Below are positions 33,273 to 44,713 of a DNA stretch of 64,000 bases, piece after piece. This DNA comes from Polyangiales bacterium (GTDB lineage: Bacteria > Myxococcota_A > Polyangia > Polyangiales > JADJQN01). The translations under genes were made by a program, and so were the position numbers. The notes below the pieces were generated by a model. That model had not been told where the DNA came from. It worked only from the letters and a program-made list of their open reading frames with translations, and did no database searches. How positions within the stretch are numbered: position 1 is the stretch's first letter; each line of letters opens with the position of its first letter. The stretch covers positions 448,001-512,000 of the forward strand of contig CAXNJO010000001.1 in the NCBI GenBank assembly GCA_964202905.1. The letters are read 5' to 3'.

Positions 33273-34778
33273 TCAGAGGCCGAGCTTGCGCTCGATGGCC
33301 TCGAGCTCGCCGCGCAGCTTCGGGTCCTCGTTCTTGAGGAGCCCGCCGATCTTGTTGACCGCGCTGAGCACCGTCGTGTGGTCTTTGCCGCCGAAGAGCT
33401 CGCCGAGCTGCGGATAGCTCGTGCCGAGCCGCTGTCGGCAGAGGTACATCGCGACCATGCGCGGGTAGGAGACGGCGCGGTGGCGGCGATGCGACTTCAG
33501 GTCCGCGAGCCGGATGTTGAAGTAGCGGCAGGTCGCCGTCTGGATGTCCTCGACGCTCACGGCGTGCTCGGGCGCGGGCAGCACGGCCTTCAGCGTCTCG
33601 CGGGCGAAGTCGAGGTCGATGCCGCGCTTCACGAGCTCGGCGCGCACCGCGAGGCGCAGCAGCGTGCCCTCGAGCTCGCGGACGTTCGACTTCACGACCT
33701 GGGCGAGGAAGAGCGCGACGTCGTCGGCGAGCGTGATGCCTTCTTCGTCGGCCTTGCGCTTGAGGATGGCGATGCGCGTGTCGAGCTCCGGCGCCTGGAT
33801 GTCGGCGACGAGGCCCCACTGGAAGCGCGAGATGAGGCGCTCCTGCATCTCGGAGATCTGCTGCGGGTAGACGTCGCTCGTCACGACGATCTGCCGATCG
33901 GCGTGGTAGAGCGCGTTGAACGTGTGGAAGAACTCTTCCTGCGTCTGCTCGCGCCCCGCGAGGAACTGGATGTCGTCCATCAGGAGGACGTCGCAGTTGT
34001 TCCGGTAGCGATCGCGGAACTCGTCGATGCGGTGGTTCTGCAGCGCCCAGATGAACTCGTTCGTGAAGCGCTCGGCCGAGAGGTAGAGCACCCGCGCGTG
34101 CGGGTTGTCCTCGAGGACCCGGTGCCCGACGGCGTTCACGAGGTGCGTCTTGCCGAGCCCGACGCCGCCGTAGATGAAGAGCGGGTTGTAGCGCTTGCCC
34201 CGCGTCGAGGAGCCGGCCACCGCGGCGGCGTGCGCGAGCTGGTTCGAGGGGCCGACGACGTAGTTCTCGAAGCTGTAGCGGGGGTTGAGGCCGTTCGCGG
34301 GGCCGGGTGGCGCGCCCGCACCGAGGGGCGTCGCGGGCCGGACGTGCGCGCCCGCGTGCGTGGCCCCCGCCGGCGTGGCGGTGGGCGCGGCGAGGTGTCC
34401 CGCGCTGCTGCGGCCCGCGACGTAGCCCGGCGCGGCGTAGCCCGGCGAGGTGGGGATCTCCGCGGCCGTCAGCGGCGGCACGGACTTGCGCACGGGCTGG
34501 GCGCGCTCCTGCAGCGCCTCGACGACCTCCCAGTGCACCTTCAGCGCGCGGGGCTCGCCGTGGCCGCGCGCGCTCACGAACGCCTCGCGCATCACGTCGA
34601 GGTAGTGCGCGCCGAGCCACTCCCCGAAAAACCGGTTGGGGATCTGGAGCGTGAGCGTCTCACCGTCGATCCCGCCGAAGCGGAGCGGCGAGAGCCAGGT
34701 CTCGACATTCTCCGCCGACAGGCGTCGGCGAAGCTCCTCGAGCGTCCGGTCCCAGAGGTCGTTGTCCCGATCCATCAT
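33273..34778 (-). CDS. dnaA: Chromosomal replication initiator DnaA
   Basis: LNPRYSFENYVVG.SN, YNPLFIYGGVGLGKTHL, DDIQFL, QEEFFHTFN, NVRELEG, PRMVAMYL and GGKDHTTV motifs. Confidence 0.97.
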   Translation of the reverse strand: MMDRDNDLWDRTLEELRRRLSAENVETWLSPLRFGGIDGETLTLQIPNRFFGEWLGAHYLDVMREAFVSARGHGEPRALKVHWEVVEALQERAQPVRKSVPPLTAAEIPTSPGYAAPGYVAGRSSAGHLAAPTATPAGATHAGAHVRPATPLGAGAPPGPANGLNPRYSFENYVVGPSNQLAHAAAVAGSSTRGKRYNPLFIYGGVGLGKTHLVNAVGHRVLEDNPHARVLYLSAERFTNEFIWALQNHRIDEFRDRYRNNCDVLLMDDIQFLAGREQTQEEFFHTFNALYHADRQIVVTSDVYPQQISEMQERLISRFQWGLVADIQAPELDTRIAILKRKADEEGITLADDVALFLAQVVKSNVRELEGTLLRLAVRAELVKRGIDLDFARETLKAVLPAPEHAVSVEDIQTATCRYFNIRLADLKSHRRHRAVSYPRMVAMYLCRQRLGTSYPQLGELFGGKDHTTVLSAVNKIGGLLKNEDPKLRGELEAIERKLGL

Positions 34779-34839
34779 CGACGAGAAACCCCTTCGTGGA
34801 GCGGGCTGAATCACAAGTAAAAACGCGCAGTTGTACGAA

Positions 34840-34859
34840 TGATCCACAACCTGTCCACA
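34840..34859. promoter_or_regulatory. DnaA-box pair upstream of dnaA (autoregulation or second origin half)
   Basis: TGATCCACA (34840) and CTGTCCACA (34851) in tandem, about 60 bp upstream of the dnaA start, next to a more AT-rich patch. Confidence 0.7.
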
Positions 34860-35458
34860 GGCTGGATCCGTACTATGGGCGGGCGCTCGGTCCGGGGATC
34901 GGTCGCGGGCGCTGGGGTGTTGGAGACTGCGCGGACGGTCTCGGAGATGCCGAGGCCGCGAGACGACGGACACAGCCGAAACCGGCGGCCACGGACGATG
35001 CCGGGGCGGCGCGATGACGGATGATGCCGAGGCCCAGAGGCGACGACGGGTTCACGCGGCCGGTGGGGTCACCGGGGCGTTGCTCCCCCGAAACGGAAGG
35101 CGACGCTAGCAGAGCACCCCGGAGGCGTCTACGGCGATCCGCAGGGCCTCCCGTAAGTGCGCGACGAGACGACGGAAAAATCGTGTCGGGATCACGCACG
35201 ACACGGCCCGGCGCCGAGGTCGCGCGGGGCCCGATCGCCCAAGTGCTTGAGATCCCACGGTTTTGTCGAAGGTGCGGCGCTGGCTGCGCGCGCGCCGGGC
35301 CGGGAGCAGGCGTGATCCCTCGTGATCCCGCGGACATCCGCGTCACGCGATGGACCCGGCTGGCGGCTGGTGACTATTTGGCGGCCTCGGGGAAGGCTGT
35401 TAGCGTCGGACGCGTTCCCCGAGTGAAGGCTCGCCACGCGCGGGCGGAGAGACGAACC

Positions 35459-36370
35459 ATGCCCCGCGCGACCACGAAGAACTCGAAGGCTCCCGCGCTC
35501 GCCGCACTGCTCGGCGCGCTGCTCTCGCTCGCCGGGGCGCCGCGTCCGGCGGCCGCGCAGGACGCCGCCGACACGACCGAGTCGGCGCGGGGGCTCGCGA
35601 TGGGCGTCGGCGTCCGGGCCTCGGCCGCCGGGACCTCCGCCCTCGCCTACAACCCCGCCAACCTCGCGCTCGCGCGCCTCTACCACATCGAGAGCGGCGT
35701 CACGTACGACCCGGGCGCGGGGCGCTTCGGGCTCAACGCCGGCATCGTCGACTCCACCACGGACCTCCTCTCGGCGGGCATGTCCTTCCGCGCGCTCCTC
35801 GGCGACGGGGACGGCGGCTACGGCGGCTACGACGGCCGGCTCTCGCTCGGGATGGCGCTCGGCGAGGCCGTGTCGATCGGCCTGAGCGGGCGCTACCTCA
35901 GCTACACGCGCACGGGCCAGCTCCCCGCGGGCGTCACGAGCGACCGCGTCGCGCGCGGCTTCACGCTCGACGCGGCGCTGCGCGTCTCACCGGCGTCGGG
36001 CTTCCACCTCGCGGTGCTCGGCCTGAACCTCGTCGACCTCGAGACAGGGCTCGCGCCCGTGCAGGTCGGCGGCAGCGCGTCCTACACGATGGGTGGTGTC
36101 CTCACGATCGGCGCGGACACGCTCGTGAACCTCTCGCGCGGCGTCGACGGTGCGCCGCTGCTCGTTGGTGGCGGCGTCGAGTGGCTCACGGGCGGCCGCG
36201 TGCCGTTGCGCGCGGGCTATGTGTGGGACGAGCTCCGTGACACGCACGTCTTCACCGCGGGCCTCGGCTACGTCGACCAGAAGGTGGGCATCGATCTCGC
36301 GCTCCGGCAGGACGTCGCCGGGCAGAACGACACGCTGATGATGGCGTCGTTCCGCTACTTCGTGCGCTGA
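35459..36370 (+). CDS. Outer-membrane beta-barrel protein, FadL/PorV-like N-terminus
   Basis: Signal peptide ending in AAAQ, SARGLAMG...SALAYNPANLA motif, alternating beta-strand pattern and aromatic C-terminus. Confidence 0.65.
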   Translation: MPRATTKNSKAPALAALLGALLSLAGAPRPAAAQDAADTTESARGLAMGVGVRASAAGTSALAYNPANLALARLYHIESGVTYDPGAGRFGLNAGIVDSTTDLLSAGMSFRALLGDGDGGYGGYDGRLSLGMALGEAVSIGLSGRYLSYTRTGQLPAGVTSDRVARGFTLDAALRVSPASGFHLAVLGLNLVDLETGLAPVQVGGSASYTMGGVLTIGADTLVNLSRGVDGAPLLVGGGVEWLTGGRVPLRAGYVWDELRDTHVFTAGLGYVDQKVGIDLALRQDVAGQNDTLMMASFRYFVR

Positions 36371-36538
36371 CGCGCCGCGCGCTTTTCGTGGAGCGCGGCG
36401 TGATAGGGTGCTCGCCGAGCCGGAACCAGGGGCCGCGTGCGTTGTCACGTGGTCATGCGCGCCGCGGCCGGTGTCGAGCGATCGGTCGATGGGCGATCGG
36501 TCGGCGGGTCCGGCGGGTCCGAAGGCTTCCACGTCCCG

Positions 36539-37144
36539 ATGCCCGAAGGGTTCGAAGAGAAGCTGATCGAGCGACTGCAGCGCCGCGACGAAGCGGCGTT
36601 CAACGAGCTCGTGCGCCTGTACGAAGCGAAAGTCTTCCACCTCGTGCTGCGCATGATCGGGGACCGCGGCGAGGCCGAGGACGTCGCGCAGGAGGTCTTC
36701 ATCACGGTCTTCAAGTCGATCGACGGCTTCCGCGGCGACTCGAAGCTCTCGACCTGGCTCTACCGCGTCGCGACGAACCACTGCAAGAACCGCCTGAAAT
36801 ACCTCGGCCGCCGCGCGCGCGGGCAGAAGCAGGTCTTCGACGAGCTCTCCGAGCGCGACGCGGTCGAGAGCGCGACCATGCAGACGAGCGCGACGGTGCC
36901 GCGCCCCGACGAGGCCGTCGAGGGACGACAGACCGAGCGCATCGTGCAGCGCGCGCTCGCCATGCTCGACGAGGAGCACCGCACGCTCATCGTGCTGCGG
37001 GACCTCGAGGGCCTCAGCTACGAGGACATCCAGGGGATCACGGGCCTCGCCGAGGGCACCGTGAAGAGCCGCCTGCACCGCGCGCGGGTCGCGTTGAAGG
37101 CGGCGGTGGACACGCTCGGCAGCGTGACGAGGGAGCCGCGATGA
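36539..37144 (+). CDS. ECF-type sigma-70 factor
   Basis: AEDVAQEVF, FRGDSKLSTWLYRVATN, EGLSYEDI and GTVKSRLHRAR motifs. Confidence 0.93.
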   Translation: MPEGFEEKLIERLQRRDEAAFNELVRLYEAKVFHLVLRMIGDRGEAEDVAQEVFITVFKSIDGFRGDSKLSTWLYRVATNHCKNRLKYLGRRARGQKQVFDELSERDAVESATMQTSATVPRPDEAVEGRQTERIVQRALAMLDEEHRTLIVLRDLEGLSYEDIQGITGLAEGTVKSRLHRARVALKAAVDTLGSVTREPR

Positions 37145-37581
37145 CGCGCGACGAGGCAAGGGATCTGTTCAGCGCGGCCTGGGACGACGAGCTCGGCGAG
37201 TCGCGCGCACCCTTCGACGCGCTGCTCGCGGCCGACCCGGCGCTGCGCGTGGAGTACGAGGCCTTCACGCAGCTGCTGCGCGCGACGCAGGCGCTCACGC
37301 GCGACGGCGGTCCGCTCGAGGCGGGCGGCGCGCCGACACCGGACCTGCTCTCGGGGGTGCAGCGCAAGCTGCGCGCGCGCTCCGGCGGGCGCTTCTACCG
37401 CGACCGCTTCAGCGAGCGGAGCACGCGCGGCGTGTCGCTGCCCGTGCTCACCGTCGCCGCGATGCTGGTGCTGCTCGCGGCCGCCTTCCTCGCGCTGCAA
37501 TGGACGACCGTGGTCGACACGCCGCGCTCGCCCGCCTCGCCCCGCTCGCCCGTGTCCTCCGGGGCGCCTGCGCCCCGCTGA
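37141..37581 (+). CDS. Putative membrane-anchored anti-sigma factor
   Basis: ATGA-coupled to the ECF sigma. N-terminal DLFSAAWDDEL anti-sigma-like helix without the zinc ligands, then one transmembrane helix. Confidence 0.65.
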   Translation: MTRDEARDLFSAAWDDELGESRAPFDALLAADPALRVEYEAFTQLLRATQALTRDGGPLEAGGAPTPDLLSGVQRKLRARSGGRFYRDRFSERSTRGVSLPVLTVAAMLVLLAAAFLALQWTTVVDTPRSPASPRSPVSSGAPAPR

Positions 37582-37657
37582 CTGCGCCGAACCTGCGCCC
37601 CGCTGACCGCGTCGAACCTGTGCCGGGACGCCCGCGCGCTGCGCGACGTCGCCGCCG

Positions 37658-38923
<1,266 letters not shown>

Positions 38924-39013
38924 CCGCGCGAAGCTATCACGCGCCCCGCGCGCGGCGGCGTGAGCGAGGTCATGCGGCGCCGTGACGCGGCCGCGCGGGC
39001 GAACGCCCGGCGG

Positions 39014-39871
39014 TCAGCCCACCTCGGCGAAGCCCCCGCCGAACACGGGCTCGCCGGGCTCCTGCGCGCGCACGGCGCGCACGAGCACGCGCGCGGCGTC
39101 CGTCTCCGTGGCCGGGACGCGGAAGCCCTCGACGATCAGCGTGTCGCCGGGCCACACGGGCTTCTTGAAGCCGCCCGAGAGGAACTTCAGCCGGGACGGA
39201 TCGCCGCCGCACTCCTCGGCGATGACCGCGCGGCCGACGATGCCGTACGTGCACAGCCCGTGCAGGATCGGGCCCCCGAAGCCCGCCTGCGCGCCGATGG
39301 CCGGATCGATGTGCAGCGGGTTGAGGTCGCCGCTCAGGCGGTAGAGCGCGGCCTGCTCGGGGGTGGTCGTCGCCTCGAAGCGCCAGTCGGGGTCGCGCTG
39401 CGGCGCGCGCTGCTCGTCGCGCTTCGGCGGGGGCGGGCCACCGAAGCCGCCGTCGAGGCGGTAGAGGATGCGCCACTCGGTCTCGCAAATCAGCGCGCCG
39501 TGCTCGTCGTGCGTGGTCGTCGCGAGGTCCGCGATGGCCATGCGCTTGAGGTCGTAGATCGCCGCGACGCGGCCGACCGTGTGCAGCGTCCCGCGCGGCG
39601 CGAAGGGCGCGTGGAGGCGCGTCTTCTGGTTGCCGTGCACGACGCCGAGCAGGTCGCCGCCGACCACCTCGAACAGCGCCGCGCAGGCGTCGTAGGCGGG
39701 CACGACGGCGTACGTCGGCAGCACGCGCGGGCCGCGCCCCTCGAAGAGCAGATCGAGCTCCGCGGGCAGGCGCGCGCCGACGCCGAGCGCGTAGAGCGCG
39801 GTGTCCTTCCAGTCGTAGCTGCGGGAGATGTCGCGGGTCGTCTTGCCGACGGAATCGAGCCGGAGTGCCAT
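39014..39871 (-). CDS. MaoC-family (R)-specific enoyl-CoA hydratase 2 (double hot-dog)
   Basis: LYALGVGA, VHGNQ, YRLSGDLNPLHIDP and PILHGLCTYG motifs. Confidence 0.9.
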   Translation of the reverse strand: MALRLDSVGKTTRDISRSYDWKDTALYALGVGARLPAELDLLFEGRGPRVLPTYAVVPAYDACAALFEVVGGDLLGVVHGNQKTRLHAPFAPRGTLHTVGRVAAIYDLKRMAIADLATTTHDEHGALICETEWRILYRLDGGFGGPPPPKRDEQRAPQRDPDWRFEATTTPEQAALYRLSGDLNPLHIDPAIGAQAGFGGPILHGLCTYGIVGRAVIAEECGGDPSRLKFLSGGFKKPVWPGDTLIVEGFRVPATETDAARVLVRAVRAQEPGEPVFGGGFAEVG

Positions 39872-39950
39872 GGGCCGCGACGGTAGCAGGCGCGTGCGGC
39901 CCGTGGGCGCCGCGGTTGACCCGTACGCCGGCCGCGGCCACGTTCACCCC

Positions 39951-40673
39951 GTGCGTCGCGCGGCCCTCGGCTCGTCCCTGCTCGCGTGTGCGGCGCTTCT
40001 CGCGGGCTGCCCCCAGTCGAAGCCGCCCGCCCCGCCGTCACTCGATCTCGGCCCGCGCATCGACGGCTTCGTGCCGCCTGGCATCGACACCGACGCCGAT
40101 GGCGTCTGCGACGACACGGAGTACCGCTTCGGCCTCGACCCGGCGCGCCCGGACACCGACGCGGACGGCTTCCCCGACTGGTTCGAGGTGGCCGCGGGCT
40201 TCAGTGGCAACGCGCCCGCCTCGCCGCCCCGGGACGAGCTGCTGGTGCTCGCCGAGACCGCGGAGGGCACGGCCACCGCCACGATCGTGGTGACCGTGCG
40301 CGGTGAGGGGGAGACGTATTCGGGCAGCGTCGACCCGCAGATCATCCGCGACCCGTTCGGCCTCGACGCGGGCGCCTTCTTCGACGAGGCGCGCGCGACG
40401 GGCGCCGAGCCCCCCGGCAACGTCGTGCGGATCGACGAGGTCGCGCGCACCTGGGAGAACGTCCGCGGCCGGACGCTGCTCTTCTCCGAGCTGCGTTTCC
40501 GCTTCGGGACGCAGACGGCGCTCGGCTGCGTGCGCGGCTACCCGTTCCGCTACTACACGAAGTCGGATGCTGGGCGCATCGTCGCGTCCGCGCGCCGCGT
40601 CGTGCTGGTGCTCCCGCCCGGCACGACGCCCGCGACCGGCCCCTGGTGCGCGCCAGCCGGCCCCTGCTGGTAG
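39951..40673 (+). CDS. Putative lipoprotein with thrombospondin type-3-like Ca-binding repeats
   Basis: Lipobox LLAGC, then DTDADGVCDDTE and DTDADGFPDWFE repeats. GTG start at 39951 is inferred. Confidence 0.65.
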   Translation: MRRAALGSSLLACAALLAGCPQSKPPAPPSLDLGPRIDGFVPPGIDTDADGVCDDTEYRFGLDPARPDTDADGFPDWFEVAAGFSGNAPASPPRDELLVLAETAEGTATATIVVTVRGEGETYSGSVDPQIIRDPFGLDAGAFFDEARATGAEPPGNVVRIDEVARTWENVRGRTLLFSELRFRFGTQTALGCVRGYPFRYYTKSDAGRIVASARRVVLVLPPGTTPATGPWCAPAGPCW

Positions 40674-40693
40674 CTCCCGACCGCGCGCCGGAC

Positions 40694-40878
40694 GCCGACG
40701 TCGCCAGCCGGCACCGCAAGCCGATACCGCAAGCCCACACAGCAAGTACGTTGCGATGTGCCCCGCGCCGGACGCCGGCACCGCAAGCCGATACCGCAAG
40801 CCCACACAGCAAGTACGTTGCGATGTGCCCCGCGCCGGAGGCCGACATCGCAAGCCGGCATCGCAAGGAGGTTGCGGT
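40694..40878. repeat. Nested intergenic repeat: 67-bp direct repeat x2 built from 13-bp subunits
   Basis: 40707-40773 and 40774-40840 are identical except the last base. Subunits are GCCGGCACCGCAA, GCCGATACCGCAA and GCCCACACAGCAA, with flanking GCCGACATCGCAA and GCCGGCATCGCAA. Confidence 0.9.
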
Positions 40879-40992
40879 GAGGGGCCTCGGAAGGGTGCGC
40901 GGCACCCACACGAAAGCCCGGCGCCGCGCTGGGCGGGCCGGGCTCGGTGACGCTGAGGTGCGATCACCCGGCGGACCGGGTGGGCGCGGCGC

Positions 40993-41283
40993 TCAGAACT
41001 GCGGGCCGCGCGGGTTGAGGTTCGCGCCGGTGTTGTTCATCGGCGGTCCCCCATCGACCTGCTTCGCGCGCTTGCGGCGGCGGCGGGCGGCCTCCGACTC
41101 CTTCTTGCGGCGCTTGATCGACGGCTTCATGTAGTGCCGGCGGCGCTTCAGCTCACGCAGGATGCCCTCGGCGGCCATCTTGCGCTTCAGGTGCTTGATC
41201 GCGCGCTCGATCCCCTTGTCGCCAACGACGACTTCGAGGGGCTTGCACTGTACGGACTCTCCAGCGGGGGACGTCGACGACAT
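40993..41283 (-). CDS. rpsU: 30S ribosomal protein bS21
   Basis: IERAIKHLKRKMAAEGILRELKRRRHYMKPSIKRRKK core, with short N- and C-terminal extensions. Confidence 0.88.
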   Translation of the reverse strand: MSSTSPAGESVQCKPLEVVVGDKGIERAIKHLKRKMAAEGILRELKRRRHYMKPSIKRRKKESEAARRRRKRAKQVDGGPPMNNTGANLNPRGPQF

Positions 41284-41431
41284 CGGGCTCGTGCTCTCCT
41301 CTGCTGCCCGTTCGGGGCAGCGCTGCCTAATCAAGCAGGGCGCCGAATATGCACGGCCCCCCCCGCACGCGCAAGTCGCAGGGGGGATCATGCGTGAGCC
41401 GGGCGCGCTGCGGCGGGTGCAGGCGCCTCGC

Positions 41432-44069
41432 TCAGGCGCTCGCGCGGGGCGCGTTGGGGATGAGCGCGAGCTCCTCGCGCGCGCCGTTGCCCGGGCGCTT
41501 GCCGAAGCCGAGCTCGCCGCCGACGCCGACGTCGATGATCACGACGTCGCCCGAGGCGTAGCGTCCCGCGAGCAGGTCCTGCGCGAGCGGGTTCTCGATG
41601 AGGCGCTGGATGGCGCGCTTCAGGGGGCGGGCGCCGAAGGTCGGGTCGTAGCCGACCTGACCGAGCAGGTCCTTCGCGGCGTCGCTGATCTCGAGCGCGA
41701 GCCCGCGCGCGCCGAGCCGCTTCTCGAAGCGGGTGAGCTGGATCTCGACGATGCGACGGATCTGCGCGCGATCGAGGCGGTGGAACACGACCGTCTCGTC
41801 GAGGCGGTTGAGGAACTCCGGGCGGAAGTGCGCGCGGAGGTCCTCCATGACGGCGCGGCGCATGCGGTCGTCGTCGTCGATCGACTGGATGTGCGTCGAG
41901 CCCACGTTGCTCGTCAGGACGATGACCGCGTTCTTGAAGTCGACGGTGCGCCCCTGGCCGTCGGTGAGGCGGCCGTCGTCGAGCACCTGGAGCAGGACGT
42001 TCCAGATGTCGGGGTGGGCCTTCTCGACCTCGTCGAAGAGGATCACCTGATAGGGCCGGCGCCGCACGGGCTCGGTGAGCTGGCCGCCCTCGTCGTAGCC
42101 GACGTAGCCCGGCGGCGCGCCGACGAGCCGCGACACGGAGTGCTTCTCCATGTACTCGCTCATGTCGAGGCGCAGCATCGCGCGCTCGTCGTCGAAGAGG
42201 AACTCGGCGAGCGCGCGCGCGAGCTCCGTCTTGCCGACGCCCGTGGGCCCGAGGAAGAGGAAGGAGCCGATCGGGCGGCTCTCCTCGCCGAGCCCCGCGC
42301 GCGAGCGGCGCACGGCGTGCGCGACGGCGACCGTCGCGGCGTCCTGGCCGACGACGCGCTGACGCAGGCGCTCCTCCATGCCGAGGAGCTTCTGCCGTTC
42401 GCTCTCGAGCATCCGCGTGACGGGCACGCCCGTCCACTTCGACACGATCGCGGCGATGTCCTCCTCGGTGACCTCCTCCTTCAGGAAAGAGCCCTCGCGC
42501 TGCAGGTCGGCGAGCCGCTGCTGCGCCGCGACGACCTCGCGCTCGGCCTCGGGGATCTCGCCGTATTGCAGGCGCGCGGCGGTCTCGAACTGCGTCGCCC
42601 GCTGCGCGCGCTCGAGATCCGTCTTGAGCTGCTCGACGCGCGCCTTGCTGCTGCGGATCGCGCCGATGAGCTCCTTCTCGCGGAGCCACTGCGCGCGCAT
42701 GGTGTTCTTCTTCTCGGCGAGCTCACCGATCTCGCGGTCGAGCTCGAGGATGCGCGCGGTCGAGCCCTCGTCGCGCTCCTTCTTGAGGGCCTGCCGCTCG
42801 ACCTCCGCGTGCACGAGCCGGCGCTCGACGGCGTCGATCTCGTGGGGCATCGAGTCGATCTCCATCTTCAGCTTGGACGCGGCCTCGTCGACGAGGTCGA
42901 TGGCTTTGTCCGGCAGGAAGCGGTCCGTGATGTAGCGGTTCGAGAGCGCCGCGGCCGCGACGATCGCGCCGTCCTGGATGCGGATGCCGTGGTGGACCTC
43001 GTAGCGCTCTTTGAGACCACGCAGGATGGCAATGGTGTCTGGCACGCTCGGCTCGCCGGCGAACACGGGCTGGAAGCGCCGCGCGAGCGCCGCGTCCTTC
43101 TCGATGTGTTTCTGGTACTCGGCGAGCGTCGTCGCGCCGATGCACCGCAGCTCGCCGCGCGCGAGGGCGGGCTTGAGCATGTTGCCCGCGTCCATCGAGC
43201 CCTCGGCCTTGCCCGCGCCGACGAGCGTGTGCAGCTCGTCGATGAAGAGCACGACGCGGCCCTCCGCGCCCTCGATCTCCTTGAGCACCGACTTGAGGCG
43301 CTCCTCGAACTCACCGCGGAACTTGCTCGCCCGCGATGAGCGCCCCGAGGTCGAGCGAGAGCAGGCGCTTGTCCTTGAGCGACTCGGGCACGTCGCCCTG
43401 CGCGATGCGCTGCGCGATGCCCTCGACGATCGCCGTCTTGCCGACGCCGGGCTCGCCGATGAGCACGGGGTTGTTCTTCGTGCGGCGCGAGAGGACCTGC
43501 ATGACGCGGCGGATCTCTTCGTCGCGGCCGATGACCGGGTCGATCTTGCCGGCGCGCGCGGCCGCGGTGAGGTCGCGCGTGTATTTGTCGAGCGACTGGA
43601 AGCGCGACTCGGCCTCCGGGTCGTCGACGCGTTGGCCGCCGCGCACCTCCTTCATCGCGGCGGCGAGCTTCTCGCGCGTGACGCCGCGCGCGACGAGCAT
43701 CTTCGCGAGCTCGTCCTTCTGTGACAGGGCCGCGAGAAACACGTGCTCCGCGGAGGTGTATTCGTCCTTCATCGCTTCGGTCTCGGCCCACGCCGCGCCG
43801 AGCACCTCGCGGAAGCGCCGCGAGACGTTGGGCTCCGAGCCGCCCTGCACGCGGGGCATCTTGTCGAGGATGGCCTCGAGCTCCGTGCGCACCTTGCGCG
43901 GATCGGCGCCGGCCTTCTGCAGCGTGGGCGCGGCGACGCCCTCCGGCTGCGCGAGCAGCGCGAGGAGCAGGTGCTCCGGGTAGAGCTCGGGGTTGCCGCG
44001 CTTGGTGGCTTCCTGCTGGGCGCCTGCGAGGGCCTCACGGGTCTTCGTGGTCAGTCGGTCGAGCCTCAT
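41432..44069 (-). CDS. clpB: ATP-dependent chaperone ClpB, with one frameshift near 43325 (probably a sequence error)
   Basis: MRLDRLT N-domain, [29 protein letters not shown] after the shift, M-domain coiled coil, [18 protein letters not shown] and GARPLKR motifs. Confidence 0.94.
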
Positions 44070-44140
44070 GACTGCATCGCTCCTCTTGGGCAGATGACGC
44101 ACCGGCTTGCCGGGGCGACGAGACCCTAAGCACGCGAAAG

Positions 44141-44671
44141 ATGGCGTCAACGGGACCGTTCGTGACTACGCTCCACGCCGTGCGCCCCCTCGCCGTCCTC
44201 TCGCTCTCGCTACTCTCGTGGCTCGTCGGCTGCGGCGGCACGACCTCCGCGGACGCGCGCTACTCCACCCCCGAGCACACGCTCGCGACCGTTCTCGCGT
44301 CCTACGGGCTGACGGGCCTCACGCCGGACGAGGTACGCACGATGCGGCGCGAGCGTCGGCTGCGCCTGCAGGATCCCGTCGCCTACCACGCGTGCTTCGT
44401 GCGCTTCGACAGCTACCTCGACGAGGCGCTCGCGGGCTACATCGTCGGCGCGCTCGCCGAGAACCCGGAGCCCGTGCAGCCGCAGATCGTCGGGGACGTC
44501 GCGCGCGTGCCGATCGCGGGCAAGACGACGATCGTGCTGCGCAAGAAGGACGGCGCGTGGCGCATCGACCTCGACACGAGCGTCTCGTCGACGATGCGCG
44601 CGAAGCTGCAGGACGTCGTGCGCCGCGCGGAGAAGATGACGCGTCGGCACGGCGCGCTGCCCGCGCCCTGA
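44141..44671 (+). CDS. Hypothetical lipoprotein
   Basis: Hydrophobic signal with LVGC lipobox. C-terminal [10 protein letters not shown] beta-hairpin is NTF2-like. Confidence 0.6.
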   Translation: MASTGPFVTTLHAVRPLAVLSLSLLSWLVGCGGTTSADARYSTPEHTLATVLASYGLTGLTPDEVRTMRRERRLRLQDPVAYHACFVRFDSYLDEALAGYIVGALAENPEPVQPQIVGDVARVPIAGKTTIVLRKKDGAWRIDLDTSVSSTMRAKLQDVVRRAEKMTRRHGALPAP

Positions 44672-44713
44672 GGCGCGCACGGGGCGCGCGCTCGTGACGG
44701 ACTGAATCGCGGT

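Noticed and set aside
32656..33417. Several ORFs in the dnaN-dnaA spacer with 13-aa repeats
   Set aside because: They are translations of the 39-bp tandem repeat and origin DNA in different frames, with no protein motif.
36539..37581. ECF sigma/anti-sigma as CarQ/CarR light regulators of the crt cluster
   Set aside because: The anti-sigma has one transmembrane helix, unlike polytopic CarR. There is no carS, and the pair is separated from the crt genes by the origin region.
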